Part shown: positions 45,235 through 54,153 of the stretch, piece by piece | How the letters are laid out: each line of letters opens with the position of its first letter | How positions within the stretch are numbered: position 1 is the first letter of the stretch | Assembly (NCBI GenBank): GCA_041669565.1 | Contig: JBAYAV010000001.1 | Location: 1 to 56,139, forward strand | Direction: 5' to 3' | Length of the DNA stretch: 56,139 nucleotides | DNA from: Lentisphaeria bacterium | GTDB taxonomy: Bacteria; Verrucomicrobiota; Lentisphaeria; Oligosphaerales; Oligosphaeraceae | Notes under the pieces: model-generated | What the model saw: only the letters and a program-made list of their open reading frames with translations | Databases searched by the model: none | Told to the model about the DNA's origin: nothing | Made by a program: the position numbers and the translations under genes

Positions 45235-47964
45235 ATGATGATTTCCCGTTTTAACCGTTATTTTGCAAAACACGGTCGCATTACGTACATTCTTCTTGGA
45301 ATAATTATCAGTTTTATTTTTGTTATTTTTGTTACTCCAGGCGATGTTTTCAGCAACCGTTCCAACGGCCCCTCCAGTTTTGGCACAATGTACGGCAAAA
45401 AATTAAAGAAGCAAAAAATAACGAAAAGCATGAGCGAGACTTATATTGCTCTTTGCATCAAATACCCGCAGATATTAAAGCGGCAGCTGGACAACGATAT
45501 TTTGCTTTCTGAAACGCTTCGGCGCATGCGTGCTTTACACGAGGCCGAAAAATTAAATATTACCGATGTCCGTGAAGAAGAAATAGCAGAGGCCATTCAT
45601 CAAGCCCCTTTGTTTAAAGAAAAAGACAGCTTTTCATTAAAGGCTATGCAGAGTTTTATAGAGAATTATCTTCGTCCTCACAATTTAACAGCACGGGATC
45701 TTGATCGGTTAACCAAAGAAAATATAATCATAGACCGATTGGAAAAGCATGCGACAAAAGACTGCAAAGCCAATCCTTTAGAAGTCCGTTCTTATATTGA
45801 ACAATACAAAATTCAGTATGCCGAATATCCAATAGACATTGAAAAAGATTCCGAAATTTCGTCAAAAGACATCACGGAATACTTTCAAAAACGCAGCGCA
45901 GAAGTCGCAATGCCAGACACAAAATCCGCAATTGTTGCAAGCTTTTTAGTCCGCGATGTTCAGGCAAAATTAGACGCAAAAGACTGCCCAAAACAATTAA
46001 AGAAAGAACTTGAGCCCACAGAAGAAGACCTGAAAAAACAATATAAGAATGGGGCAAAAAGCATCTACAAAGCCAAAACATTCGTGCAAGCAAAACCAGC
46101 GATTTATTCTACGCTTCTCAACCGTAACATTCGCAGATACCTAAACATCAAAGCAGCATCCCTATCCAGCAAATTTGCCGCCGTCAAGAAGGGAAAAGCA
46201 AAAGCCGCACAAGAGAATGAATTTCGAGCGGCAGCTGTTAAAGCCCGTGCTGAAATCAAAGAGACGCCCAAATTTCATCGGATCGAAGATATGAATTTTG
46301 CACAGCACGGCAAGAATCTCGCCCAGACTATTTTAGGCATGGATACGGTTGGCGAAGTCTCAGGCCCCATTGCTGAAGCAAGCGGCATCTCCGTTGCCTT
46401 TCTAAAGTTGGCAAACAAAACGCCCGTTCCAAAAAAGATAGACTCCGAAGTCCGCACCATTATCAACGAGCAGCTTACCGATGAAAGAGCGATGATTTTC
46501 TACAAAGAAAACCTAACCCCTTATATAAAAATTGCGCCAAACACCAAAACCTATACAGACTTAGCGCAAAACAAAATTCAAGAACTGCAAAACGATATAA
46601 ACATGAACGACAATGAAAAACAAATTGCTTATGCAGAATACCGAAATTATCTAGAGCAGCACATTTTCCCATTCTATACTCCAGAACAACGAAGCTTGGT
46701 GTTAGTATCTTTCGCTCCAGAAAAATACACAAAAGGCATCAAAGTCACACCAGAAGAACTGCAGGCAGCTTATAAAAAGAATGCGAAAGAATACCTCAAA
46801 CAAGAAGTCAAACTCGCTAAAATTGAACTGCAAATAAAGGGACTCGACAAAAAAGCAGTCGATGCTAAAAAAGCTGCCTTAGCCGATGTTCTAGAAAAGA
46901 TGACAAAGGGCGAAAGCTTCGAAAAACTAGCTACCAAAATCAGTGAAAATAAAAAAATCATCGATACCGAATATGTAAATGTCACGACACTGCATAAAAT
47001 GGTTCGAGAAGCCGCCGCCAAACTGAAAAAAGGCGAAGTCAGCGGAATTATTAATACCGGCAACACACTTTACATGATAAAGATGCTTGAAAACCGAAAC
47101 GGCCGAACACTGGAGATGGTAAAAGAGGAACTGACAAAACAAATTATTGAAGAAAAAAGCATCTTACTGGCCAATGAAGCCGCAGCAGGATTTGCCGATA
47201 AAACAAGCGACGCATGGTGGAGTAATAGCAAAAAACAGTCCCCAGAAGCACCAGAAAAAATATTCAAAGATATTGCAAACAAGGATCCGAAAACCCATAT
47301 TGACGATATCCAGAATATAAATAGCTACAGCTATTTTACTCCATCGATTGGAAGAGATCAAGCTCTTTCTGAAGCCGTCTTTAGCTTAAAATCTGATGCA
47401 CCGGTATCTACTGCAATAAAGGGGAGCAAGGGTTCTTACGTAGCATTGCTGTTAAATAGCACCGCGCCCTTCATACAAGACCCCACCAAAGACACCAATA
47501 CAAAACGGACACTTAACCGCGTTTATCGCCGTTCTGTCGCGATGGAAAAGGTGCAGGAAAAAGTAGAGGCTGATTCTGCTCGAATTCTTCAGGCGCTTAA
47601 AACAGACAAGGATTTGAACAAAGCTGCGGCGCCGGTGAAATTTAAATCGATTCCTGAATTTGGACGGATGGCATCCGGGAAATTAAGCAAGGAAACTGGT
47701 ATTATTAGTGCGGATGTAACATTAAGCGCATTAAACAAAACGGATATTCATCATTTTATTCCTGCGCAAGAGACTCGCCAAGGGTACGTCCTGATTTATT
47801 TAGAAGGCAAAACAATTCCAGATAATGAGCAGACGAAATCGATGCAGGAATACTTTGAGAACAACCTCAAGAGCCGTGCTGAGCAGAAGGCCATTATGCA
47901 GCTTTATCAGCGTCTTGAGATAGAATCCAATACCCAGCTAATTGATGGGCTTCTAAAAAAATAG
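45235..47964 (+). CDS. PpiD/SurA-like membrane-anchored periplasmic chaperone (degenerate parvulin domain)
   Basis: 909 aa. The N-terminus FNRYFAKHGRITYILLGIIISFIFVIF (single TM) resembles PpiD. The body is long and K/E-rich helical. A weak parvulin-like block surrounds GEVSGIINTGNTLYMIKM. Confidence 0.55.
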   Translation: MMISRFNRYFAKHGRITYILLGIIISFIFVIFVTPGDVFSNRSNGPSSFGTMYGKKLKKQKITKSMSETYIALCIKYPQILKRQLDNDILLSETLRRMRALHEAEKLNITDVREEEIAEAIHQAPLFKEKDSFSLKAMQSFIENYLRPHNLTARDLDRLTKENIIIDRLEKHATKDCKANPLEVRSYIEQYKIQYAEYPIDIEKDSEISSKDITEYFQKRSAEVAMPDTKSAIVASFLVRDVQAKLDAKDCPKQLKKELEPTEEDLKKQYKNGAKSIYKAKTFVQAKPAIYSTLLNRNIRRYLNIKAASLSSKFAAVKKGKAKAAQENEFRAAAVKARAEIKETPKFHRIEDMNFAQHGKNLAQTILGMDTVGEVSGPIAEASGISVAFLKLANKTPVPKKIDSEVRTIINEQLTDERAMIFYKENLTPYIKIAPNTKTYTDLAQNKIQELQNDINMNDNEKQIAYAEYRNYLEQHIFPFYTPEQRSLVLVSFAPEKYTKGIKVTPEELQAAYKKNAKEYLKQEVKLAKIELQIKGLDKKAVDAKKAALADVLEKMTKGESFEKLATKISENKKIIDTEYVNVTTLHKMVREAAAKLKKGEVSGIINTGNTLYMIKMLENRNGRTLEMVKEELTKQIIEEKSILLANEAAAGFADKTSDAWWSNSKKQSPEAPEKIFKDIANKDPKTHIDDIQNINSYSYFTPSIGRDQALSEAVFSLKSDAPVSTAIKGSKGSYVALLLNSTAPFIQDPTKDTNTKRTLNRVYRRSVAMEKVQEKVEADSARILQALKTDKDLNKAAAPVKFKSIPEFGRMASGKLSKETGIISADVTLSALNKTDIHHFIPAQETRQGYVLIYLEGKTIPDNEQTKSMQEYFENNLKSRAEQKAIMQLYQRLEIESNTQLIDGLLKK

Positions 47965-47978
47965 TTTTAATCATTCTT

Positions 47979-48009
47979 CCCCGGTATTTTACAGATACCG
48001 GGGTTTTTT
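47979..48009 (+). terminator. rho-independent terminator after the ppiD-like gene
   Basis: CCCCGGTAT-TTTACAG-ATACCGGGG followed by TTTTTT. Confidence 0.85.
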
Positions 48010-48098
48010 AATCTCAAAAAATAGTCTTTTCGTCACCTAAAAACAATCCACATAACTAAAATTCATTTTTAAAATTATTATATCGAGAGTGCTACCCC

Positions 48099-49451
48099 AT
48101 GAATATTCCAACATCTTCAACTCGACGAACCGCTCACGCCTCTGCCCTGATTCCTTTTGGAATTTTTCTTGTTTTCTATTTTGGGCTTTCACTCTATTGG
48201 GGTGATTTCTACAAAGTACCCATGCCGGTAGCCTTTATTGTTGCGGCAGCTGCCGCCTTTTTCCTCAACAAAAGTGTTAAACTAAAAGACAAAATTGAAA
48301 TTTTTGCCCAGGGCATGGGCGATATTGATATTATGATGATGTGTTTTATTTTTATTTTAGCAGGCGCTTTTGCTAAAACTGCGAATGAAATGGGAGCCGT
48401 AAAAGCAACCGTCAATATTGCGATGACCTTTATTCCGTCGCATCTTCTTATCATTGGATTGTTTTTTGTCTCCTGCTTTATTTCAATTTCCATTGGCACC
48501 TCGGTTGGAACCATCGCCGCCCTTACGCCCATCGCCATGGGCTTTGTAATGGAAGCGCACTTATCCGGCGCTCTTTGCCTGGGCTCGGTCATCGGTGGCG
48601 CCATGTTTGGGGACAACTTATCCATGATTTCAGATACCACAATTGCCGCAACACGGACACAGAAAGTAGGGATGGATCAGAAATTCAAAGAAAATATCTA
48701 TGTTGTTATACCAGCAGTTGTTTTAACGACCATCGCATATTTATTCTTTAACCAACAGATCAGCATTGAGCAAAAAACCACAATTGCAGCAGTTGACTGG
48801 GTGAAACTTATTCCCTATATCGTTGTTTTGATTCTTGCCATTTCCGGAAAAAATGTCATGGCGGTACTAATGATCGGCACACTGATTGCCGGCATCATCG
48901 GTATGGTATACCATGTGTTTGACTTCAGCGGATTCTTATCGGCCATGGGCGCCGGCGCATTAAGCATGTCTGAGACGCTGATTGTTGCATTGTTATCCGG
49001 CGGATTATTAAGAATCGTGCGCTACAACGGCGGTATTGAATACTTACTAGAAAAGATTGAAAAGCATATTCATGGCACCAAAGGCGGCGAGATGGGAATT
49101 GCCGCTCTTTTAGCTGCCGTCAATATTTTCACAGCGAACAACACTGTTGCGATTGTGATTGTAGGCCCTGTAGCGCATGACATTTCCAAAAAATATCATA
49201 TTCGTCCTTCTCGGACGGCCAGTATTTTAGATACAACCAGTTGCATTGTTCAAGGGATGCTTCCTTATGGAGCGCAGGTTCTTGTTGCCATCGGTCTCGC
49301 CACACAGATGAATTACAAGATTTCGGCGATGACGGTTATCAGCTATTTATGGTACCCCTACTTTTTAGCATTAATAATGATACTTTCTATTTCCTTCGGC
49401 TATCCCAAGCGACTAAATAAATCAAAAGTAAAAACCGCGGAAGAGCAATAA
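48099..49451 (+). CDS. nhaC: NhaC-family Na+/H+ antiporter
   Basis: 450 aa, about 11-12 TM helices, glycine-rich helices and overall layout typical of the NhaC family. The call is based on recalled family resemblance only. Confidence 0.6.
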   Translation: MNIPTSSTRRTAHASALIPFGIFLVFYFGLSLYWGDFYKVPMPVAFIVAAAAAFFLNKSVKLKDKIEIFAQGMGDIDIMMMCFIFILAGAFAKTANEMGAVKATVNIAMTFIPSHLLIIGLFFVSCFISISIGTSVGTIAALTPIAMGFVMEAHLSGALCLGSVIGGAMFGDNLSMISDTTIAATRTQKVGMDQKFKENIYVVIPAVVLTTIAYLFFNQQISIEQKTTIAAVDWVKLIPYIVVLILAISGKNVMAVLMIGTLIAGIIGMVYHVFDFSGFLSAMGAGALSMSETLIVALLSGGLLRIVRYNGGIEYLLEKIEKHIHGTKGGEMGIAALLAAVNIFTANNTVAIVIVGPVAHDISKKYHIRPSRTASILDTTSCIVQGMLPYGAQVLVAIGLATQMNYKISAMTVISYLWYPYFLALIMILSISFGYPKRLNKSKVKTAEEQ

Positions 49452-49552
49452 TTTATAAAGAATCAGCGTTGTTTATCTGGTATTTTCTTTATAAAAGATT
49501 AAATTAACAGGTGTTTTACATCGGTCATTAATAATAAAAGGGGACATCGTTT

Positions 49553-50281
49553 ATGAAGCATTCTTTTTTTCTAAAATATCTTTTAGTATTTTCTTTTTTA
49601 GCGATCAGTTTATTTGCTGGAAAAATTAAACTGGAAGATGGACGCGTGTTTGAAGGAGAGATCATTCAAAAAAACAATACTGTTACCATTATTCAAAACA
49701 ACAAAATTTTTCAATTCAACAAAAAGGAGATCCAAGAAATGAATGGTCAACCATTAGCCAAAGAAAAAAATCCAGTGATTCGCATTGCCACCACCAAAGG
49801 CGATATTTTAATAGAACTATTTGAAGATGAAGTTCCAAATACCGTTGCGAATATGATTACATTAGCCGAAGCCGGTTTTTACAAGGGGATGAGTTTTCAT
49901 CGTATTATCAGTGGTTTCATGGTTCAGGGAGGGTGTCCCTATTCAAAACGCGATGCAAATGGCACACCGGGAACCGGTGGTCCAGGCTATCGTTTTGCCG
50001 ATGAATTCAGCCCAGTCCTGAAACATGACTCCCGCGGAATCCTTTCCATGGCTAATTCTGGTCCTAATTCCAATGGCAGCCAATTCTTTATCACCTTTAC
50101 CCCTACGCCACATCTGAATGGCCATCACGCTGTCTTTGGCAAGATCATTTCCGGCATGGATGTCTTGGACAAACTGGAAGAAATCGGCACCACCAGCGGT
50201 AAGCCCTCCGAAAATGTCCAGTTTAATATTGAAGTTGTTTCAAAACGAGACCATGAATATACCGTAAAAAAACTCCAATAA
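49553..50281 (+). CDS. secreted cyclophilin-type peptidyl-prolyl cis-trans isomerase with an N-terminal extra module
   Basis: Signal peptide, then [30 protein letters not shown] and HAVFGK. A segment of about 45 aa ([14 protein letters not shown]...) precedes the PPIase domain. Confidence 0.9.
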   Translation: MKHSFFLKYLLVFSFLAISLFAGKIKLEDGRVFEGEIIQKNNTVTIIQNNKIFQFNKKEIQEMNGQPLAKEKNPVIRIATTKGDILIELFEDEVPNTVANMITLAEAGFYKGMSFHRIISGFMVQGGCPYSKRDANGTPGTGGPGYRFADEFSPVLKHDSRGILSMANSGPNSNGSQFFITFTPTPHLNGHHAVFGKIISGMDVLDKLEEIGTTSGKPSENVQFNIEVVSKRDHEYTVKKLQ

Positions 50282-50299
50282 AGCAACAAAAAAGATAAA

Positions 50300-52771
50300 A
50301 TGAGGCGCTTCTCCTTTTTAACAGCACCTCGTTTTTGTTTCTTCTTTACCAATTCCGCTATCCCAGAGAATTTTGACGTGAAAAATCCTTTCAAAACATA
50401 TTTCAGCATCGCATTTTGTACAGTCCTAATTCTAATGCTTTCGTCCTGTCTTAAACAGAACCTTCCCCCATTCTTTGCAACAGACAAGAATGGGCAAATT
50501 ATTAACAATATGATGGATTTATCCCTCGAAGCACGCTATTCTATGCTGGAGTGGTATAAAACAGCACCCTTTATTTCTGAAAATTATAAGATAAAAAACT
50601 CTTTGTTAGATTCAGAACAACAACAGGTCCTGCAAAAACTAAGACTCCAAAACTCAGGAAAGCTCTCTCAACAATTTCCAAATTTGATTACCATGGACAC
50701 GACGGGGTCCTTTCGCTTTTCGCCGACTTATTTTACCGACAACACATTATCAAAAGACTCACAGAATATTCTAAAAAAACTCCGGAATCAATTACTCCGC
50801 GCCAATGAAATCATAATTCCTATTAAAGAATGCCGGCAGAAACTCCAAACACTAGATTCTAAAAATGCCGAAGCATTTGCTGTTTGGGCAAAGAAACACA
50901 ATAACAGCCTAAAAAATGATGCGCTGATTTTGCAAGAAAAGCTTCACGAGTTAGACAAAATTCAAGATGCGCTGATTTTGCAAAAACGCACCCAAGACAC
51001 TCTTTCAGAAGCAGAAGCACTGCGAAAAAGCGGAAATGGCGTAAAAGCCCTCGATTTATTACAGGAATTTCAAAAAGAAAATATCGGGGATCAGAGTCTG
51101 TCTCTTATCGGTGACACAACCACACTGGCAAAATTTGAAGACACCATCCAAAATTTACCAGGGCAATTTATTCAACAGATTCTGACTCAAAAAGAGCACC
51201 TTCTTTCCGCAGAATTAACACGCCTCCCCCTCGATGCCACGCCCGATGAAAGCCGTGAAATTTTTCTTAATTCCACAGAATTTTCTTTCTCGGGGATGCT
51301 AAAAATATGGCTTGAAGACAACCGCTTTCAATCCGTTTTGAAAAACACCGCAGAACGTCGATCCAATCTTATTCAACAAATCGCCACACTGCGCATGAAA
51401 TTATGGCAACACACGCTGAAGCAAAACGCCGACCTCAATCACTTCTGGGATACTTACCTGCAATTTCAAAAAATAAACGACGAAATAAAAATTCAAGAAC
51501 AAAAAAACTATCTGATTTATGCTCGAACTTTTCCTCAAAAAGATACCCCGCAAAGCATTCTTAGCAACGTAAAAGAAAATCTCTTTTCCGAATATCTCAA
51601 AATACTCCCCCAAGCAGCAAACTATTACCTGACCATCGGCGAAAAACACAGCAATATCACAAACAAACACGGCATCGCACTACTTATCACAAAGATGCTC
51701 CAAAAAATGTTCGAACCCGTTACAGAAAAAACTATCACAACACATAGCATTTCCGAATTTACAACAAGAATATTGGCCCTCCAACAAAAATCACTGCTCT
51801 TCCTTCAAAAAGAAAACCTCAGCCATAAACTCATCCTTCATGATCTATCTTCCCCCACTCCCGGACTCGGCATGAGCTATACACGCGATCTCGATCATAT
51901 AATGCAAAAAATAATCGTCGCCGCAGACCTGCCAGTGCAAATCATGGTGATCAACGACTTCTCCCAAGCAAGAGACCAAGACTACATCATCTTCGGGGGC
52001 GTAATCGCCAGTTATGACGGCAGCGAAACCATCGAACGACAAAATATCCGAACCGCTTTAAAATATGACGAAATAACCAAAAGCGACAACCCTTTTTATC
52101 TCGAAAACGCAAAAAAAGACAGCGCTGCAAATCAAAAATTTCCCACAATTTATGAGCAAAAGGTATTTGAACAAATTATTCGCATGAATGAAATTGAACG
52201 CCTTGCACACCTGCGAATTTTCTTCAACGTGAAAGGCCCAGGCGTTAACAACGTCATTGAAATCAATGAATTCTACAGCAAAAAATTTCTCGTTGAACAA
52301 TCCCATCCCATCAATGACTGCCACTTAAAAAAGGTCCTCCATGGCTATAATAAAACCGGCATGCAGCTTACGCCATCAGCGCCTGTCAGCCTAGAAAATG
52401 ACCGCGTTTGGAGCACCGGCGAATTACTGGATTTGGCGCGCAAAGACAGCCTCAAAATGCTGGCAATGAAAATTCTCTACCACCTTAGTACTTATCCGCT
52501 CTTTTTAGCCCAGGAAGCATCCGAGACAATTCATGCCGATAAACTGGAAGCCGGCACAGAACTCTGGGGCGTTTGTGCAGCCGCCTGCAACAATCTTAAC
52601 ACCCCCCAAAAAATAACAACCATTATCACGCCAGAATTTACCCCGCCTGCCAAATGCTATGCTGAAAATATAAAAGATTTTACAATCTTGCAGGAAAATC
52701 TGAATAATCTGAATTGTACCCTATATCCAAGGGCTTTTGCTGCTCTTAATCAATATCTTAAGACTCAATAA
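50300..52771 (+). CDS. large hypothetical lipoprotein
   Basis: 823-aa ORF. The lipobox-like LMLSSC places Cys at codon 50. An alternative GTG start at 50378 would give a classical signal peptide, (M)KNPFKTYFSIAFCTVLILMLSSC. I recognise no catalytic motif. Confidence 0.6.
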   Translation: MRRFSFLTAPRFCFFFTNSAIPENFDVKNPFKTYFSIAFCTVLILMLSSCLKQNLPPFFATDKNGQIINNMMDLSLEARYSMLEWYKTAPFISENYKIKNSLLDSEQQQVLQKLRLQNSGKLSQQFPNLITMDTTGSFRFSPTYFTDNTLSKDSQNILKKLRNQLLRANEIIIPIKECRQKLQTLDSKNAEAFAVWAKKHNNSLKNDALILQEKLHELDKIQDALILQKRTQDTLSEAEALRKSGNGVKALDLLQEFQKENIGDQSLSLIGDTTTLAKFEDTIQNLPGQFIQQILTQKEHLLSAELTRLPLDATPDESREIFLNSTEFSFSGMLKIWLEDNRFQSVLKNTAERRSNLIQQIATLRMKLWQHTLKQNADLNHFWDTYLQFQKINDEIKIQEQKNYLIYARTFPQKDTPQSILSNVKENLFSEYLKILPQAANYYLTIGEKHSNITNKHGIALLITKMLQKMFEPVTEKTITTHSISEFTTRILALQQKSLLFLQKENLSHKLILHDLSSPTPGLGMSYTRDLDHIMQKIIVAADLPVQIMVINDFSQARDQDYIIFGGVIASYDGSETIERQNIRTALKYDEITKSDNPFYLENAKKDSAANQKFPTIYEQKVFEQIIRMNEIERLAHLRIFFNVKGPGVNNVIEINEFYSKKFLVEQSHPINDCHLKKVLHGYNKTGMQLTPSAPVSLENDRVWSTGELLDLARKDSLKMLAMKILYHLSTYPLFLAQEASETIHADKLEAGTELWGVCAAACNNLNTPQKITTIITPEFTPPAKCYAENIKDFTILQENLNNLNCTLYPRAFAALNQYLKTQ

Positions 52772-52826
52772 AAACGGAGTCTTGACATCCATAAAATAAA
52801 ATAACCCCAAAACAAGGATAAAAAAA

Positions 52827-54038
52827 ATGGCTAATGTAGCCCCGTTTGCAGCTTATATTTCTGAAGGAGCAACTGCTCCAATCGTTGCAACCCTGCCCTA
52901 TGATGTAATGAACCGCAAAGAAGCCGCCGCAATGGCAAAAAAGAACCCCGACAGCTTCTTACATATAACCCGCTCTGAAATCGATCTTCCTGATTCAACA
53001 GACGCATACGCACCAGAAGTCTATAATAAAGCACGCGAAAATTGGCTCAAACTAAGCCAATCTGTTCTTCACAAAGATACAACCCCCGGATATTATGTCT
53101 ATTCCCTCGTTATGAATGGAAAGCGCCAAACCGGTATTGTTGCTGCAGCATCAGTCGAGGACTATAACAACAATATTATTCGCAAACATGAACGCACCCG
53201 CAAAGAAAAAGAAGATGACCGCACCCGTCATATCAGCACGCTCCGAGCTCAAACCGGCGCTGTTTTTCTCACCTATCGCGATTCCAATGCCATTAATAGT
53301 ATTGTCGCCGACACCATGAAGACGGCCCCCGCTTTTGATTTTACCGCAGAAGACGGCATCCAGCACACCGGTTGGCGCGTCCCAGCAGAAAAGACGGCCG
53401 AATTAAAAAAGGCCTTTGAGGATGTCCCGTTGCTATACATTGCCGATGGGCATCACCGTGCTGCAAGTGCAAGCCGTACTCAGGCCTATCTTGCTCAGAA
53501 GAATAATGTCGGCGAAGCCGACACCTTTTTATCGGTTATTTTTCCAGCTGGTCAGCTTCACATTCTCGCCTATAACAGAGTCCTTTTTAACCTCAATGGT
53601 CTTACCGCAGAAGCGTTTTTAAGCAAAGTTCGGCAAGCCTGCACGCTAACACCAGAAGCCCCCCCTATTCCAGATACTCCGGGAACGGTCAGTATGTTTT
53701 TTGACAAAAAGTGGTGGAAGCTCCAATTGCGCACAAATGCCAACGCCAATGCCATTGAGCAACTTGATGTAAGCATGCTTCAAAATCAGATTTTGCAGCC
53801 GATTCTAGGTATTGATGATCCCCGCACCGATAAGAACATTGACTTTGTTGGTGGGATACGCGGCACCATTGAACTTGAGAAGCGTGTTCTCTCTGGGGAG
53901 TGCAGCGTTGCTTTTTCAATGGTTCCAACCACTGTAGAACAGCTGATGGACATCGCGGATAAGAATGCGATTATGCCGCCAAAATCAACATGGTTCGAGC
54001 CAAAACTCCGAGATGGTCTTTTTGTTCACGAGATTTAA
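52827..54038 (+). CDS. DUF1015-family protein
   Basis: 403 aa with LLYIADGHHR and the overall layout of DUF1015 proteins. Function unknown. Confidence 0.7.
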   Translation: MANVAPFAAYISEGATAPIVATLPYDVMNRKEAAAMAKKNPDSFLHITRSEIDLPDSTDAYAPEVYNKARENWLKLSQSVLHKDTTPGYYVYSLVMNGKRQTGIVAAASVEDYNNNIIRKHERTRKEKEDDRTRHISTLRAQTGAVFLTYRDSNAINSIVADTMKTAPAFDFTAEDGIQHTGWRVPAEKTAELKKAFEDVPLLYIADGHHRAASASRTQAYLAQKNNVGEADTFLSVIFPAGQLHILAYNRVLFNLNGLTAEAFLSKVRQACTLTPEAPPIPDTPGTVSMFFDKKWWKLQLRTNANANAIEQLDVSMLQNQILQPILGIDDPRTDKNIDFVGGIRGTIELEKRVLSGECSVAFSMVPTTVEQLMDIADKNAIMPPKSTWFEPKLRDGLFVHEI

Positions 54039-54040
54039 TA

Positions 54041-54092
54041 AAAAAAGCGGGCACTTTTTTAAGGGAACAAAAAAAAAAGCGCCCGCTTTTTT
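54041..54092. terminator. long bidirectional-type terminator hairpin
   Basis: AAAAAAGCGGGCACTTTTTT-loop-AAAAAAAAGCGCCCGCTTTTTT: a stem of about 20 bp with one mismatch, A-run and T-run flanks. Confidence 0.8.
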
Positions 54093-54153
54093 ATTCCGTT
54101 GATCCTTCTTACTGAATTCTAATTATTTTAGTTTCATTATGGGAAATAGCTTC

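Noticed and set aside
48209-48640. 143-aa ORF antisense to nhaC.
   Set aside because: It is fully embedded in a well-supported membrane-protein gene and has no independent signals. It is a typical shadow ORF.
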